Below are positions 1-12,715 of a DNA stretch of 64,000 bases, piece after piece. Within the stretch, counting starts at the first letter, position 1. Every line of letters begins with the position of its first letter. Under the pieces are notes generated by a model that was given only the letters and a program-made list of their open reading frames with translations, did not search any database and was not told where the DNA came from. The position numbers and the translations under genes were made by a program. This stretch comes from Tubulanus polymorphus (taxonomy: Eukaryota; Animalia; Nemertea): contig NC_134027.1 in the NCBI RefSeq assembly GCF_964204645.1, forward strand, positions 17,694,560-17,758,559. Reading direction: 5' to 3'.

Positions 1-346
1 AGGTACCCCGAGCTGTTTGTCGAAGCAACGAAATCGTTTTTAGTAGCAGCCATCGACACTTTCGATTTATAATATGCGACTAACTTGCTCGTGCATACGT
101 GACAAAGATGGTACCCAACACGTGTAGAATATGGTGTCAAATCAGCGATATCTTTCGAACAATTCAGAAAATCCGATTGAATTAAGTCCGATATATTGCA
201 ATCCAATTTCGGTAAGTTGGAATTTAGTGGATTTCTCTTGAAATGTCCATTCGAATAACGTTGAAATCGCACTGCACAATTAGCGCATCTCCCTGCATCA
301 ACCATCTTAATAACGTTAATCCTACTATAATAACGACAGATTATAT

Positions 347-893
347 TGTCCGAAACGGTTTCTTTCTACTGTTGATTCGACGTTTCGACTATACTGTATA
401 CTTGGCAACTGCAGGAATACTGAGTATCGACAAAAATTGTGAAATATATATATACCCAGATCAAAGAGACTAATCAAGTAATCAGAAATGATACAAACTA
501 TAGGAATAATAAACCGTAGAAACAGTTACAAGTTAAACAGATAAAAGAGACAAACTAGGGGATTTATTCAATAATACAATAGAGATATAAAATCAATTGA
601 TGGATATCAAAGTGGCAAACTCGGGGTAAATTAAATCAAAACAATAGTGCATATCAGTTGAGTTATTGATATTTAATGAATTTATATTTACAGTCACTAT
701 TGTACTATATAATTAACACCTAGTTTGCTCGTCTTTAATCGGTTTACCTTGTAACTGTTTCTATGTTAAGTTTCCCTTAGCGTTTGTGTGTATTCATAAA
801 CTCTATTTTAACTTAAATCCCTCTAAATACGTCGAAACATATAGTCGAAACGACGAATCAACAACTAGTTCTCAAGGAAACCTTTTTCGGACG
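347..893. repeat. Imperfect inverted repeat pair (~347-395 and ~838-893)
   Basis: GTCCGAAACGGTTTC...GTTGATTCGACGTTTCGACTATA is approximately the reverse complement of TATAGTCGAAACGACGAATCAAC...GAAACCTTTTTCGGAC. Origin unclear (MITE or inverted retroelement ends). Confidence 0.5.
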
Positions 894-962
894 TTGTATT
901 TTTTCATTTTTATTGTGGAATCCTCTATTGATAAAACAATTATTCATTCGTTAGTGCACGAA

Positions 963-2390
963 ATGTATAAGTGTAAACGTGATGAAGCTGGAAAAACAAA
1001 TTTTGCAAAGAATGTGGAGAAAACTATGTCCAAATTTGGATATAATTTTGTGTTAAAGCCTCAACAAATGAATGTGATAGAATTAATTGTAAAATATCGG
1101 GGTAATGTACTCGCACTTTTGCCAACTGGTTATGGAAAAAGCTCCTGCTACATATTACCACCTTTAGTTCTTGACCAACAAGTGAGTAGTTTATTCATAT
1201 TCATATACATTCTTGTTCACATTAGTATTTTATTTAGTATTGTATTGGTATTGTGTTCACATACATTTTAAATATTCAAATTCGTATTACAGGTGAAAAA
1301 AGGCTCGCATCATATTGCGATCGTAATATCGCCTTTGAGAAGTCTGATGTATGATCAGGTAACGGATTTTAATTCGCGCGGGATTGCCGTCATTGCTTTA
1401 TCCAGTGAAACAACACAATATGAGTTAGAAGGTATGAAATTGAATGACATCTGAAATATACAATTTCCATGAATGTTCGTGCAAATTTTGTATATGTTTT
1501 TTTCATGTATATGTCTAGAATTAGCAAACGGGAAATATTCCATTGTTTACGCGAGACCCGAGATGATATTGAAAAAGAAGTGCCTAGATATGCTTCTTTC
1601 TCCCCAATATCAGAAGGAGGTTTTCCTTGTAGCCATCGACGAAGCCCACAGCATCTCACAGTGTTAAGTGTCATCATGGAAGGTGTAATTAAAGCTGGAA
1701 TGAATGATCTTTACAATTGATTCATCCTATAGTTCCAATACAACTCATTTTTCACTAGGGGTGATGATTTCCGAACCGATTACAGCAAGCTGTCTATTTT
1801 ACGGAGCTTTTTCAGCAACGAATCGACCTCATTTCTTTTGCTGACAGCTACTTCGACAGAAAAAGTAAAATCGGATATCCTGACTTCGATGGCGCTTGAA
1901 GGCGATTGCGGAATCATTGCCGTCGTTCCAGATAGGTATAGTTTTGATATCAAAATGCAGTTTATTTAAAAATGATCTAGAAATGTTTTACTACTATGTG
2001 AATGTATATTTGTAGGCCAAATATCTATCTTGATAGAAGAACGTAAAGGAGGATTATGAAGAACAACTTAATTGGCTTGCGAAATCATTGCGACATAGGA
2101 ATATTTCTCACCCCAAGGTGATAATTTATTGCAAGTAAGTAGGCCATTTCAAAAGCAGGTCCCGAATTATATTATATTGTCGTGTCCCATGAAAATTATT
2201 TACGTTGAGCTGAATCACAAAAATCTCATTTCAGGTCATTTTACGATTGCATCACGGATAAGTGTAAGCTATGTTCATGTTGTGCCAATTGTGCGTCTCA
2301 TTGTCCATGCAAAGAGTGTATAAAATATATTGAGACTTTATATAATATCGAATCATCATCATCGAGTTGTGAAGGATCAAATATTTAATG
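963..2390 (+). pseudogene. RecQ-family SF2 helicase gene remnant (AcademH-type transposon helicase), multi-exon, internally deleted
   Basis: Spliced exons (~963-1180, 1293-1431, 1519-1663, 1759-1935, 2016-2133, 2234-2390) give LKPQQ, LPTGYGKS (Walker A), VISPLRSLMYDQV, VAIDEAH (DExH), WGDDFR, LLLTAT, PDRPNI, KVIIYC, then directly a Cys cluster CSCCANCASHCPCKEC. The second RecA-domain exons are missing, the donor at ~1664 reads TT, and exon 5 is disrupted. Confidence 0.8.
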
Positions 2391-3496
2391 AAAATAATAT
2401 TCTTGTTTTCGTAAAATCATATGTGTTTGTTTAAAAATTGTTCTTTATTTGCGTCTTTCAATCACGCGATACGAAAATATAATTCGCCGTTTCATGCACT
2501 TTGAGTTCTCGTTTTATGATAACCCGGCTTTATCTTCGGTCCGCCCACGGCCGATATGTCCATGCTTGCGTGACGTCACAAAACATGGCGGATGCCGTCA
2601 ATTTTCTGAAATATCAGGAATAAACGACGATTAATATCGATCAATGGTATCAAGGAGCATATAAACGACTCATTTTAAAAGGTACCTATCCCAGTTAAGC
2701 TTTTAAACCCCTACATACGGAGTCAAGTCAACATGAAGTTCATTTTTGAAGTGTTACTTTTTTCAACCGTGTTTTGGCCCTTGTCATCCCTAACGTTGGT
2801 ATAAGTCCATCCGACTATAAAAAGCTTACCACCAACGATTAGGTAACTAACTATCTGCCGCCGTGATTCGCCCATTCAACGATAAAAACTTTCCCACGGT
2901 CTTACTATCGGCATTTTCAAATAATTTAGGGAACTATTTAAAAGAAGCGAAATTTCACACTCTGCATTAATAAGATTAAAGTATTCATTCGTTTGACAAA
3001 TCTTCCTCTGAACTCCCACCAACAAGTTATAAGTGGCGACACGAAAATGACGTCATCGATTCACTACCATCTTATAAAAAAAAATATATCCAGTTATCAG
3101 TTTCACACACACTTTGATTTTTGCTACATTACAAGAAATTATCAAGTGATACTAGATATTAACCCTTTGATCCACAAACATTGGCATACTGAATAACTTG
3201 GCTGAGATTTTCAGAAAATTGTATTATGCTCCAATAGAGTCTGGTAAGAGGGGGTAGTTTTTTATCTAAAAATTGCCAGATTCAGTTAGCTATCTGGCTG
3301 TGTACAATTTGAATCAGAGAAGGAAGAATAAAAAAAGTTTCAATATTTCAAGACATAGAAGCTGGTGTGGCTCTCCTTCCATCGAGAAGAGCTGGTATAT
3401 GTAACTGTAACAAATAAATACATGATTTCTTGAGCAGAACAAACAGCATGAACCATTATTGATTGGACTATAGGTATCTATTTAATTCCACCTTAC

Positions 3497-3838
3497 CTGA
3501 ATGACAGTTCCTTCAACAGCAACACTGATATGACTGGCTTTAGCTGCTTGAATTGTGATAACAGGTGTTGTAACTGTCAGCACATTCTGTGAGTCAACAA
3601 TGACATTCTGTGGTATAATTGGAGCATTTGTTAGTCCAACTGTAGAGTGTTCGTTGATTGACAGGACTCCATGCCTGTATCTGAAGTTCTGCATCAAAAT
3701 TCCATTATTCACGACAAGTTTCTTGTTGAATTTAATAGAAAAGATCATGCACCTAATGCAATCAGATTGACTCTTAACATTTTGCTGGAGGTTCCCGCTG
3801 ACATATTTTTGCCTTTGAAATCTTGTACTGAAATCATC
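3497..3838 (-). pseudogene. Exon of a decayed gene for a probable tandem OB-fold (RPA/HIN-like) nucleic-acid-binding protein
   Basis: Bounded by TTACAG acceptor and GTAAG donor. Reads MLRVNLIALG then, after a frame change, CMIFSIKFNKKLVVNNGILMQNFRYRHGVLSINEHSTV...ITIQAAKASHISVAVEGTVIQ, a beta-strand pattern typical of OB folds. Confidence 0.4.
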
Positions 3839-5180
3839 TGTAAAGAAATATTAAAAATTTGACATTAATGTTAAAATCCATAGTATGATGACTTTAACTT
3901 GATAGTAATAAGTAGTGGACGAGGTTTATGGTCACAGTAGTAAGTTTCAAATCAAATGTTGAGCATACAATTTCCTCTTGATAATGTGCTAGACAAGATA
4001 TAATGTAAGGTTAAAAGTCATAAGAGATAGATTTGTTTCAGAATGAGATGGTACACGGGAGGCTTGAAAATCATTAAAGCTCCTTCATGTGTTGATTCAT
4101 CATACCAATTGAGGTTGAAATTATGAACAAAATTCATTCTGAGTGGTGCAACTTTTCAAAGAACATCTCGAAAAACTTCCTTATTGGAAGGAAGTGACAG
4201 TGAATTAGTCCACCCATAGACTTGAGACATCAGCTAGGATTCCCAGCAGAAAACAAATTTAAGTGGCATCTCGCAATATTGGTCATGTTTTCCAGCATTT
4301 CATTGCGCTGTTCTTTCATCAAACATTTTCAGAGTAATGCTAATTGTTTCCAAATTATATTTTGTAGGCCAAACAAAACATGCCGCCATGTTAACAACAA
4401 CCTGTTGTGGATTGGAGGATGGAACTTGTTGACGTTAATCTAAAGCGAGAAATTTCATTACACGAAAATCTACTATCCCTGCACAATGCCGCAAGAGCAG
4501 AAACCCGCTTTAAAAAAATATTCTGCTGTGTTTCAAGTTATGACATTCCGCCAGGATTGAACGATACTGACCTTTGTCTTTCGACAAGCGATTTTTGCGA
4601 AGTCGCGCGATTTAGGCTCGGTCAGGCTCTAGGTGTATTTCACATTGCTACGCGCGCACAGTGACAAATCAAACGCTCTCCGTCACAGAACAAGTTGATA
4701 AAACATTAGACTCACATTCTTCAGTTATTTTTAGTTGTGAAAGAAGTACGTAATTCTTTCAAAAATAAAAATAAACAATTTATGGGACTATTTTCCGAGA
4801 GATTGGGTCATCTCAACCTGGGGACCATCTCGAAATCATCAAAGGGTGACGAATTACTAGCAAAACCCTGTGATCTCGGCTAGCTGTGGGTCGAAATTGT
4901 CTATTAGGATACTTTTAATATATGCATCAAATATACTGCACGAGATCTGCTGAAAACATTTTGTGTAGGTCTCAGGGGCTGGTTGCTCAAAAGTTGGTTA
5001 AAGACATCTCGGCTTCGAACCTGATGGCATTGCTTCACTTAGTCAAGGCAGTGGCAACCACGACGCCATCAGGTTCGAATCCCTGCGGGGGGAGGATGGT
5101 TTAAGATAACCAGTGGATAAATACTATAGTAACAATGAACTTTTATACCAACTATCCACTGGTTAACTTATTTTATATAG

Positions 5181-5672
5181 TATTATATAGTATTATTTTG
5201 TCCAACATATGAATTTAACCAAACTTATGATAGAAATATTACTAGAAATAATAAATTTATTATATTAGATCCTAAAACAGTAAAAGAAAATTTTGATAAT
5301 TGTATAAAAATAGCAATTGATATTTATAAAGGATCAAATACATTATTCATTATAGATGATTGTGCAAATTTACATGATTCAAAAATTAGAGAGAGTGAGT
5401 TATGTTATTTAGCTTTTTCTGGTAGACATTTTGGGATAACAAGTAGGGTTTTAAATCAAAAATATAATTCAATTGTTAAAGATTTTAGAGCAAACATTAG
5501 ATTTTTAGTTTTATTCTACAATAAAGATAGAAAATCGATGAAAAATGCACTTGAGGAAAATGATATTATTCCACATGATTTACATAATGAATATATGGAT
5601 AAATTGAAAAATAATAAAAGATCAAAATTACTATTTAGATTACAACACCCATTTAAATATGAATTTATTTAA
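5181..5672 (+). pseudogene. Polinton/Maverick A32/FtsK-like DNA packaging ATPase, 5'-truncated
   Basis: Open 163-codon frame missing from the ORF track: YIVLFCPT...NTLFIIDDCA (Walker B)...LAFSGRHFGITSRVLNQKYNSIVKDFRANI (GRH and Gln motifs of A32-type ATPases). Walker A is lost upstream. Very AT-rich and intronless. Confidence 0.85.
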
Positions 5673-5960
5673 ATTCAACTAGCTTGTTAATCTATTACAT
5701 ATTTAGTTACATTATAGTTGAATTCTAGTTAGTGGTATTTGAAACAAAAATCAAATAAAATTCAACAATATTTTAACTAGCTTGTTAATCTAGTATATTT
5801 TTAGTTACATTCTAGTTGAATTCTAGTTATTGGTAGTTGGAACAAAAATAACTAGATTTAACAAGAAATAAATAAAAACAATAATAATTCAACTAGTTTG
5901 TTAATCTAGTTGATTTTGAGTTAAATTCTAGTTAAATTCTAGTTGCAACATCACAACTAA
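5672..5960. repeat. Three ~100-bp tandem units with internal inverted motifs (AACTAG/CTAGTT) in the Polinton intergenic region
   Basis: AACTAG(C/T)TTGTTAATCTA recurs near 5677, 5775 and 5891, each followed by AGTT(G/A)AATTCTAGTT. Confidence 0.7.
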
Positions 5961-5976
5961 TTTTTTTGTTATATAA

Positions 5977-6582
5977 ATGGGAGGTGAAAAGAAAATAAAA
6001 TCTAAAAATGGCGATGTTCCAATTGAAAAAACTTTAGATGATTTAGGAATAACAGAAACAAAATTAACTCCAGATGATGGTGCTTTAAAGAATGTTACAA
6101 CAAATAATAATTATGAATATTATCTTTATTGTAAACATCAATTAGAAATATTAATAGCATCTGGAAAATGTAAAAATTTTATCGGTAAAAATCTAACTTA
6201 TAATCAATTAGATACAACGAAATCAGATGAAATTATTAGATTATTTAAGATTTATGAAACAACGAGAACAGCTAGAATTAATGACGCGATATCAGAAAAT
6301 GTAGTAAAAGGTTATAGTAAATTATGTAATTATATGCTGCCAATTCAAGATGAAAATAGATTATATGCTGATTTAAAAAATGATTATTTAGTTATGACTG
6401 AATTAAATAAATGGATTGGATATTTATCATTTCAATTAGGTGGATTTATGACATTATTATCAACTGGAGTTATAACATTTTCAAATATTGAAAGTAAAAA
6501 TTTTTCTATAATAAATGAGCGAAGTGGAAGAAGTGAAGGAATTAACTGTGAAGAAAAAACCGAGAACTCAGAAACAAATTGA
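5977..6582 (+). CDS. Polinton/Maverick uncharacterised protein (201 aa)
   Basis: Intact intronless AT-rich ORF just downstream of the packaging ATPase, TAAATG start context. Resembles ORFs I recall beside the ATPase in invertebrate Mavericks (LEILIASGKCKNFIGKNLTYNQLD...LYADLKND). Confidence 0.6.
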   Translation: MGGEKKIKSKNGDVPIEKTLDDLGITETKLTPDDGALKNVTTNNNYEYYLYCKHQLEILIASGKCKNFIGKNLTYNQLDTTKSDEIIRLFKIYETTRTARINDAISENVVKGYSKLCNYMLPIQDENRLYADLKNDYLVMTELNKWIGYLSFQLGGFMTLLSTGVITFSNIESKNFSIINERSGRSEGINCEEKTENSETN

Positions 6583-6856
6583 ATGGTCTCGGCAATTAGG
6601 AATTAAATCACAAGAATATAAAAAAGCTGTAAAAGAAAAAATAAGTAATAAAAATGGTGAAAATATTGTTATTTCTACTCCTTCTAATAATAGAATATTT
6701 GCTAAATATCTATATTTTGCAACTGGATTTGTAATTGTATTCATTTTGATTGGGTGTAGTTGGTATAAGAAATCAAATAAAATTTATGATATTAATAATT
6801 CTGAAACTATTGATATTAAATATAGCTGCAAAGCAGCGATGACGGGTTTTCTGTAA
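6515..6856 (+). CDS. Polinton/Maverick small basic protein with one predicted transmembrane segment; 3' end probably runs into the adjacent repeat
   Basis: TAAATG start, basic KKKPRTQKQIEWSRQLG motif, hydrophobic YLYFATGFVIVFILIGCSWY stretch, overlaps the previous ORF. Confidence 0.5.
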   Translation: MSEVEEVKELTVKKKPRTQKQIEWSRQLGIKSQEYKKAVKEKISNKNGENIVISTPSNNRIFAKYLYFATGFVIVFILIGCSWYKKSNKIYDINNSETIDIKYSCKAAMTGFL

Positions 6857-8063
6857 AGCCATTCAGAATGATGGGAATTGTAGTAATTTGAAATATCGAT
6901 ACATAGAATAAAATGCATTGACAGATTCGAACCTAATATGCTACCACTGTGTAAACGTCAAATATGATTCAGCTTTGAAACTGAACATACGCGGACGTAC
7001 AATCACAAATATTAATATATTTGACTAGGCATTTATTTTGGCATTCAAACATCATGATACTGTATTATCACCATCCTTAAAAATGGATCTGTCCTATTAA
7101 GAACTCATCTTAAGCACCTGCTGAGCCGATAGATTGAGTTAATGCACAGATAAGAACGTATTATGATTTAGAATAGATTTAAGAAGTTAATGTTTTTATT
7201 GAAATATTTGAATAAATACATATATTGTAGTGTAGATTCAATCAATAAATTATGAATTGATTTGGTCTGGGTTTCCGGCTGATGTTGATTTTGGCTTTTA
7301 TGGATTACAAATTCTATAGTGATAAACAATTGATACCTGCAACATGTGTGTAAATCGGCTGTTCGAATATCACGGATACCGGACACCGAAATACCGGATA
7401 CCGGATACTCGAGATTGCGGAGTATATAACGCATCGTGTCTAAGGAGTCGTTTCCGTGCTGTTGTAAGTAGTACTGCCGCGACATACAATTTATTTATGT
7501 CAAATTGTTACAGCGGCTAACAAACTTATTTGTCTTAATGCTAGCCTGCGTTACAGCCTGCTTTCACGTTTTCAATCTCAATCGATCTCAATCTTCATTT
7601 TCCGGTAAGTAGGCCGTTAATGTCAATACTATGCAACAGATCAAATATATATATGTTGGCCTATTCACTGACGAAGCGGCCGCGACTGCTGAGAGAAAGT
7701 TATGAGTGGGTTTTTTAAGAGTAGAGTGAGCGAGGAGAGGGAGCGGCTCACTTCTTCTTGACAGACAGACAAGTACCACCGGTGTACTAATAGTTACTAT
7801 TACGATAGACTAACTAATAATAAGGCTAATACTATGTATTGGCCCTACTATTAGTTAGTCTATCGTCGTCGGCCTATCGTATCTCGTAATAATATTAATT
7901 TAAATGCTGATCTGATTAGGCCTTTAATTTTAAACATACAGTAGACCTAGCTAGCCTTTAAAAGGCCTATCTCATAATAATTAATAAAAAAAATGCCGCT
8001 ATTTGGATAGGCCTACCGCTTATATTTGAGCAATACATCTTTCGTTATTTTGTAGGTTTAACT

Positions 8064-11000
8064 ATGGTGCCTTCCGGTCTGCCTAACTTAAACAACAGTT
8101 GCTGTTATTTGAATGTCGTCGTTCAAGTGCTGAAATCGGTGCCAGATTTTTTATCAAAAATCGAACAACATGCCACAACAGTGGAATGTAAGTATTTCAG
8201 CTGGAGGAAAAACTTGTTTTCTTATTGAATTTAGTTAATAGTTTTTTTTGTTGTGTTGTTTGGTTACAGGTATGGATGACGAATGTATTCGGTGTATTCT
8301 GTGGCATTGTTTTAACGGGTACAATGAAGAGCTGTACCACTTGATTAGTGGTAATAACTCTTTTACACAAATTTCGACTGCCGAGTATTGTAAAATTGAA
8401 TGTAAAAGGAGCAAAATGAACTAGGTCATTTTGAAATAGTGTTATTAATATTGATTCCAGATATTATACCTGGTGCAAGAATGACTGATCAGCAAGATGC
8501 TGAAGAGTTCCTTCGAGGACTCTTGACAAAAGTTTCTGGAGAAGATCCGTAAGTAACACAAATTCTTTAAAATAGTTGAAGCTAAGCGACCTAGTTTATT
8601 TTTCTTTTAAGCTTAAAAGATGAGCTGTCGAACTAGGACACATTATTAAACTTAAACGGGTCACTTTTGTAAAAAAAAAATTGTACAGTTCATTTCTATA
8701 GCTGCCGGATCTGTTATTATGGTTAGCCTGATCACGATTGTAAAAAAGTAATGTACAGGGTAGATAGGCGGCCAGAAGCTCAGCAGAAATGAGAAACAAG
8801 GTATAATTTTTTTAGCCTTACATCATTATTTATCATACATATGGTATGACTAATTATACTTTCAGGTCTCTGTTGGACATGTTTCAAAGTACGTGGAATG
8901 AATCAAGTATGTTGAAGTTGTTTTCATGGATTTTAAATTGATTTTGGCTGATTCTATTTTTGCATACACGTTTGATATATGGAATAGACCTAAATTAAAT
9001 AAATGATGAATCAAAAATCATTGAAACGCTTTCAAATTACTTAGCTTAGACTCTATTGTAAATCCCACTCCGTTTCATACACTTAATTTTCATCATCATT
9101 TCAATTTTCAGCTTCGTGTGTTAAATGCAGCGAAAAAAGAACAAGGGGTACTTCCATTCCTATTGTGTCTTTGTCGTGCTTGGTAAGTCATTTTTAAAGC
9201 AACATTCACATAAAATCACAGGATTAAAAATAGTGAATAGTGATTATAAATTTTATATTTATATTCTGATGTGAGAAAGTAAATAGAATATTGCATTCAT
9301 TGGCTGTGTTAAAGGGTTTTTTGTTACTTATTCTAGGATCGTAAATTTGAACCAGTGGTAGACATACTGGAATCCCTCAAAATGGAAGTAATGCAAGAAA
9401 AAATAAATTTTCATTGCGGGTATGTCATTATTTGAATAAACCAATAAACCGTTTAAGAAGCAAGTGCATCTTTTTCATATGGATGATTTGAAAACTTTAT
9501 CCAGCCATTTTGCAGTGCTTACTCATGAAGACAAGTAAAGTATACTTAGGGGTCATTCATTTATTTACGTACACATTAGGGGAGAGTGAGGTGTAAGTGC
9601 AATTGCTTACTGTAATGCTTGATGTATATGAAAAAATGGCCGATATTGCGTACATGGGGAGGGGGGTTTAGTAATAAATGAATGATCCCGTTATGCATAG
9701 TGATAACTTTTATACGTTTTCATTACAGATGTGGATCTACTCAGGCTCTCCAGGAAAAAAAGTTGTGTTTTCCATCTTCGGGAAAATACTTTATATTGCA
9801 TTTGAAACGGTATGTTTGTAGTTTTGCAAGTGCTGATGCAACCAGCATCAATTTTTGTTAACTCGAAATATCTCATCTTATTAAAGTGCATGTTAAACAA
9901 GAACTTCTCATACAGTTATTATCTGCACTTCATTATTATATCTTTTGATTTTCAGAGAAAACTTTTGAGGACACAGTTTGTATTAGATTTGCAAAAGCGT
10001 TATATGATAAACCTCATGTGATATCATTTATTCCTTAGTTACCTAAGCCCTGAACCAAATATCGAAAGGTTCCCTAAATATATTGTAAATATGTCGTATG
10101 ATGAGATAATGTGTTGTATGATATACACTACATATACATTCTAATTTCTTTAGTGTTATGCACTTGATATTTACAAGGTTACAAGTTTTCAAGAGGTTAT
10201 GAAATTTGACTGATAAGACAATAGAGATACTGGATATATTTTTTTTAGATATCTTGGTACATCAATAAACGATCATAATTTTTGATCAAATGTCCATGAA
10301 ATACCATCAACTTTGAAGCTGTATGATATGAAATCAGCATATACAATTTTGAAAACTTGCTACCTTTGCTAAGCTTTGTATAGGTTGGTTACAAAAACAT
10401 GTGATTAACATATGGAGTAAAGCACACTTGTTCACTTAAAATTTGTGGGTAATTTCAAAGTTATCATATAATTCTGCACTAATCTCTATCCATTTTGATC
10501 ATCAAAGCTGCTGCTTTCTGTGTTCAGGATATGATTAACCTGTAACTCATTGCACTTATGCATTGCTGGGTAAATGCAAGTTATAAATTTGTATCGAAAA
10601 TGTTATTGAAAAGTTTTATATTATGGAAAAAATTATGCTTCTTTATACTTAAGGTCTTCCTTTGATCTGACATCCTCATCTGTTCGAAGACTGAATCATC
10701 CAGTCAATGTGCCTAAAGGTTTAACTGCTCAGGCAGGAAACCAGCTGGTATGATGTCATTTCCGATTTTGATAATTTTATATTTCAATTATTAGCGAATC
10801 ATTATCTCGCTTTCAATTTTGATAATTATTAGTGGGCCAAGATTGTTATATTTGAATATTTTGCCTTGATTTTTTAGATCCGATATTCCCTCAGGAGTGT
10901 CATATTACACAGTGGAGACTCTGCCACATCTGGCCACTACAGAAATGTTTCGAATATTTCTAATGATTGGTATATGTTTGATGATAGGAATGTTAGTATC

Positions 11001-11135
11001 CAGTGCATCTGGTTATGAGAATTGATCATTCTAACCATTTAATAGATTACTTATTATTTTCAGGTTGAAAAGATATATTTTGACCCATTAGACTTTGCGA
11101 TGGAAACGTATCTCATGGTTTACGAAAAGATTGAG
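8064..11135 (+). CDS. Ubiquitin-specific protease (peptidase C19/USP) domain, exons 1-10 of the MULE gene
   Basis: Exons 8064-8187, 8270-8350, 8461-8548, 8866-8906, 9112-9182, 9337-9419, 9729-9809, 10654-10747, 10878-10991, 11064-11135, all GT-AG and phase-consistent. Cys box GLPNLNNSCCYLNVVVQ, QQDAEEFL, finger CVKC, YFILHLKR, His box VIIHSGDSATSGHY, WYMFDD, YLMVY. Confidence 0.92.
9549..9690. mobile_element. PIF/Harbinger (Tourist-like) MITE in an intron of the USP gene
   Basis: TTA flanks both sides. TIR GGGTCATTCATTTATT...AATAAATGAATGATCCC. Second copy at ~19187-19349. Confidence 0.7.
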
Positions 11136-11417
11136 GTGAGATACAAGTGTTTATACAGATTTTATGATGTTGTTAGTGGTAGACAGAGCAACTGTTACCA
11201 AAGAAAAAAAAACATCCTTAGCCAAAACAAACTCAAACGTTTTATTCACAACATAGATTTTGCTGACAGATTTTTACTCCTTACATGTGCGACATTTACG
11301 AAAGAATCTCAACTATCCAATAAAACTACTTATTTTAATTGGAAGTTATTAAATGTTGTTTATTTTTTACTCATTTGTTTCTGTAAAATTCAGTACTATT
11401 TATTTATTTATTTTCAG

Positions 11418-12623
11418 AGTGACTTTCCTACAACATCCGAACAATGTGGCGATACTATATTCAAGGGCCAGTTTATTCCTGGCATAGTCACGAGCCATCT
11501 GGAAAGTGCCAGGAAAAGAGTTGTAAATAATTATTTTATTAGTGAAAATATCAGTTAGGCCACATTATAACTAAGATATACGTTTGGTTGGTCAGATTGC
11601 AAAAACGATTTTGATGATTGAATTTATGTCTTTCCTAGCATTCAGAATAACTAAAAACATCTAATACTTCTTTGAGTTTTTTTGTTTTTTATATCATAAT
11701 TGTTATCCAACATTTTTAGTATAGTTCACTTGGAGAATCTGCAAGAAATAATAGGAAAAACAAATCTAAAGTATCTAAAGTATGTAGGTATGTGATTCAA
11801 AAAATGGTTTTACATTTAAAATGATTAATCAATTTTGGGAATGTCCATCTTATAAGTTGTCCCTTAAATGGTAGCAGTTTTCTTATGCATTCACTTCTTT
11901 TTCAGGCAGCGGAGTTATAAATGTATATCTTGTGGTTTTAAATGCGCCAGTCAGTCCGCAATGGGAGATCATCAGGTCGATAAACATTTGGAGCAATACA
12001 TGGAGGAAATAGGCGTCGAAAGGTACAACACCCTGATTATGATAGCTAACCTTATTGATGAAGTTATAAATTTTTTCCTTTCATTTTAGTTCAGAACCTC
12101 CATCATCTGATGATGACTTAACAAGTTATGTTGATGTCAGGTAAGCACTTCATGTTAGAATATCTAGAACATGTTAGAATATCTATGTTAGAACATCATA
12201 TCAAAATTCTGTGACATGTGAAGAATAAGAAAATCAGTAAATTTGTTATTGTCATTGATGAAGATTTATGAGTCGATGATAATTTTTTTAATATGTTATC
12301 AATTCCCACTTTCAGTACAAATCTAAAGGAAGTCATCGAAATATCGTCTGATGATTGTACAGACGACGTTATGAATGGAATAACAAATAGTGACGAGTTA
12401 GCTTGCTTAATTTAGCTGCAGTTCTTTGAATTTTCTCGCTATTCAGCTGAACTTAAGTTATCTTTTTATTTGACCGAATACCAATTTGCTATACCGGTAT
12501 TGCTGATTTGAACTCATTTTATCTATTTAGGATTATGAACTTACCATCCAACAGCACTAATAGCACAGATGTCTCGGACTGTATAGTAATCTCTGATGAC
12601 AGTGAGGAAAATGACGATACAAG
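11418..12623 (+). CDS. Linker exons 11-16 of the MULE gene: C2H2 zinc finger and acidic SIM-like motifs
   Basis: Exons 11418-11522, 11720-11787, 11906-12022, 12090-12140, 12316-12396, 12531-12623 keep the frame. YKCISCGFKCASQSAMGDHQVDKH (C2H2), EVIEISSDD and DCIVISDDSEE (hydrophobic core plus Ser/acidic tail). Confidence 0.85.
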
Positions 12624-12715
12624 GTAAATACATATATACAATTGGTCACTTTACCTTACGATATACATAATATATTGTGTTTACATCAATAATGAATAAT
12701 TGAATAACTTTACAG

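Noticed and set aside
4973-5170. tRNA-like GGTTCGAATCCC and hairpins
   Set aside because: No cloverleaf. Looks like a Harbinger-type MITE end (GGGGCTGGTTGCTCAAAAG) with a SINE-like scrap.
9955-10200. Extra exon-like pieces inside the USP gene intron
   Set aside because: Not needed: exon 9729-9809 joins 10654 in phase and gives the contiguous LHLKR-SSFD USP motif.
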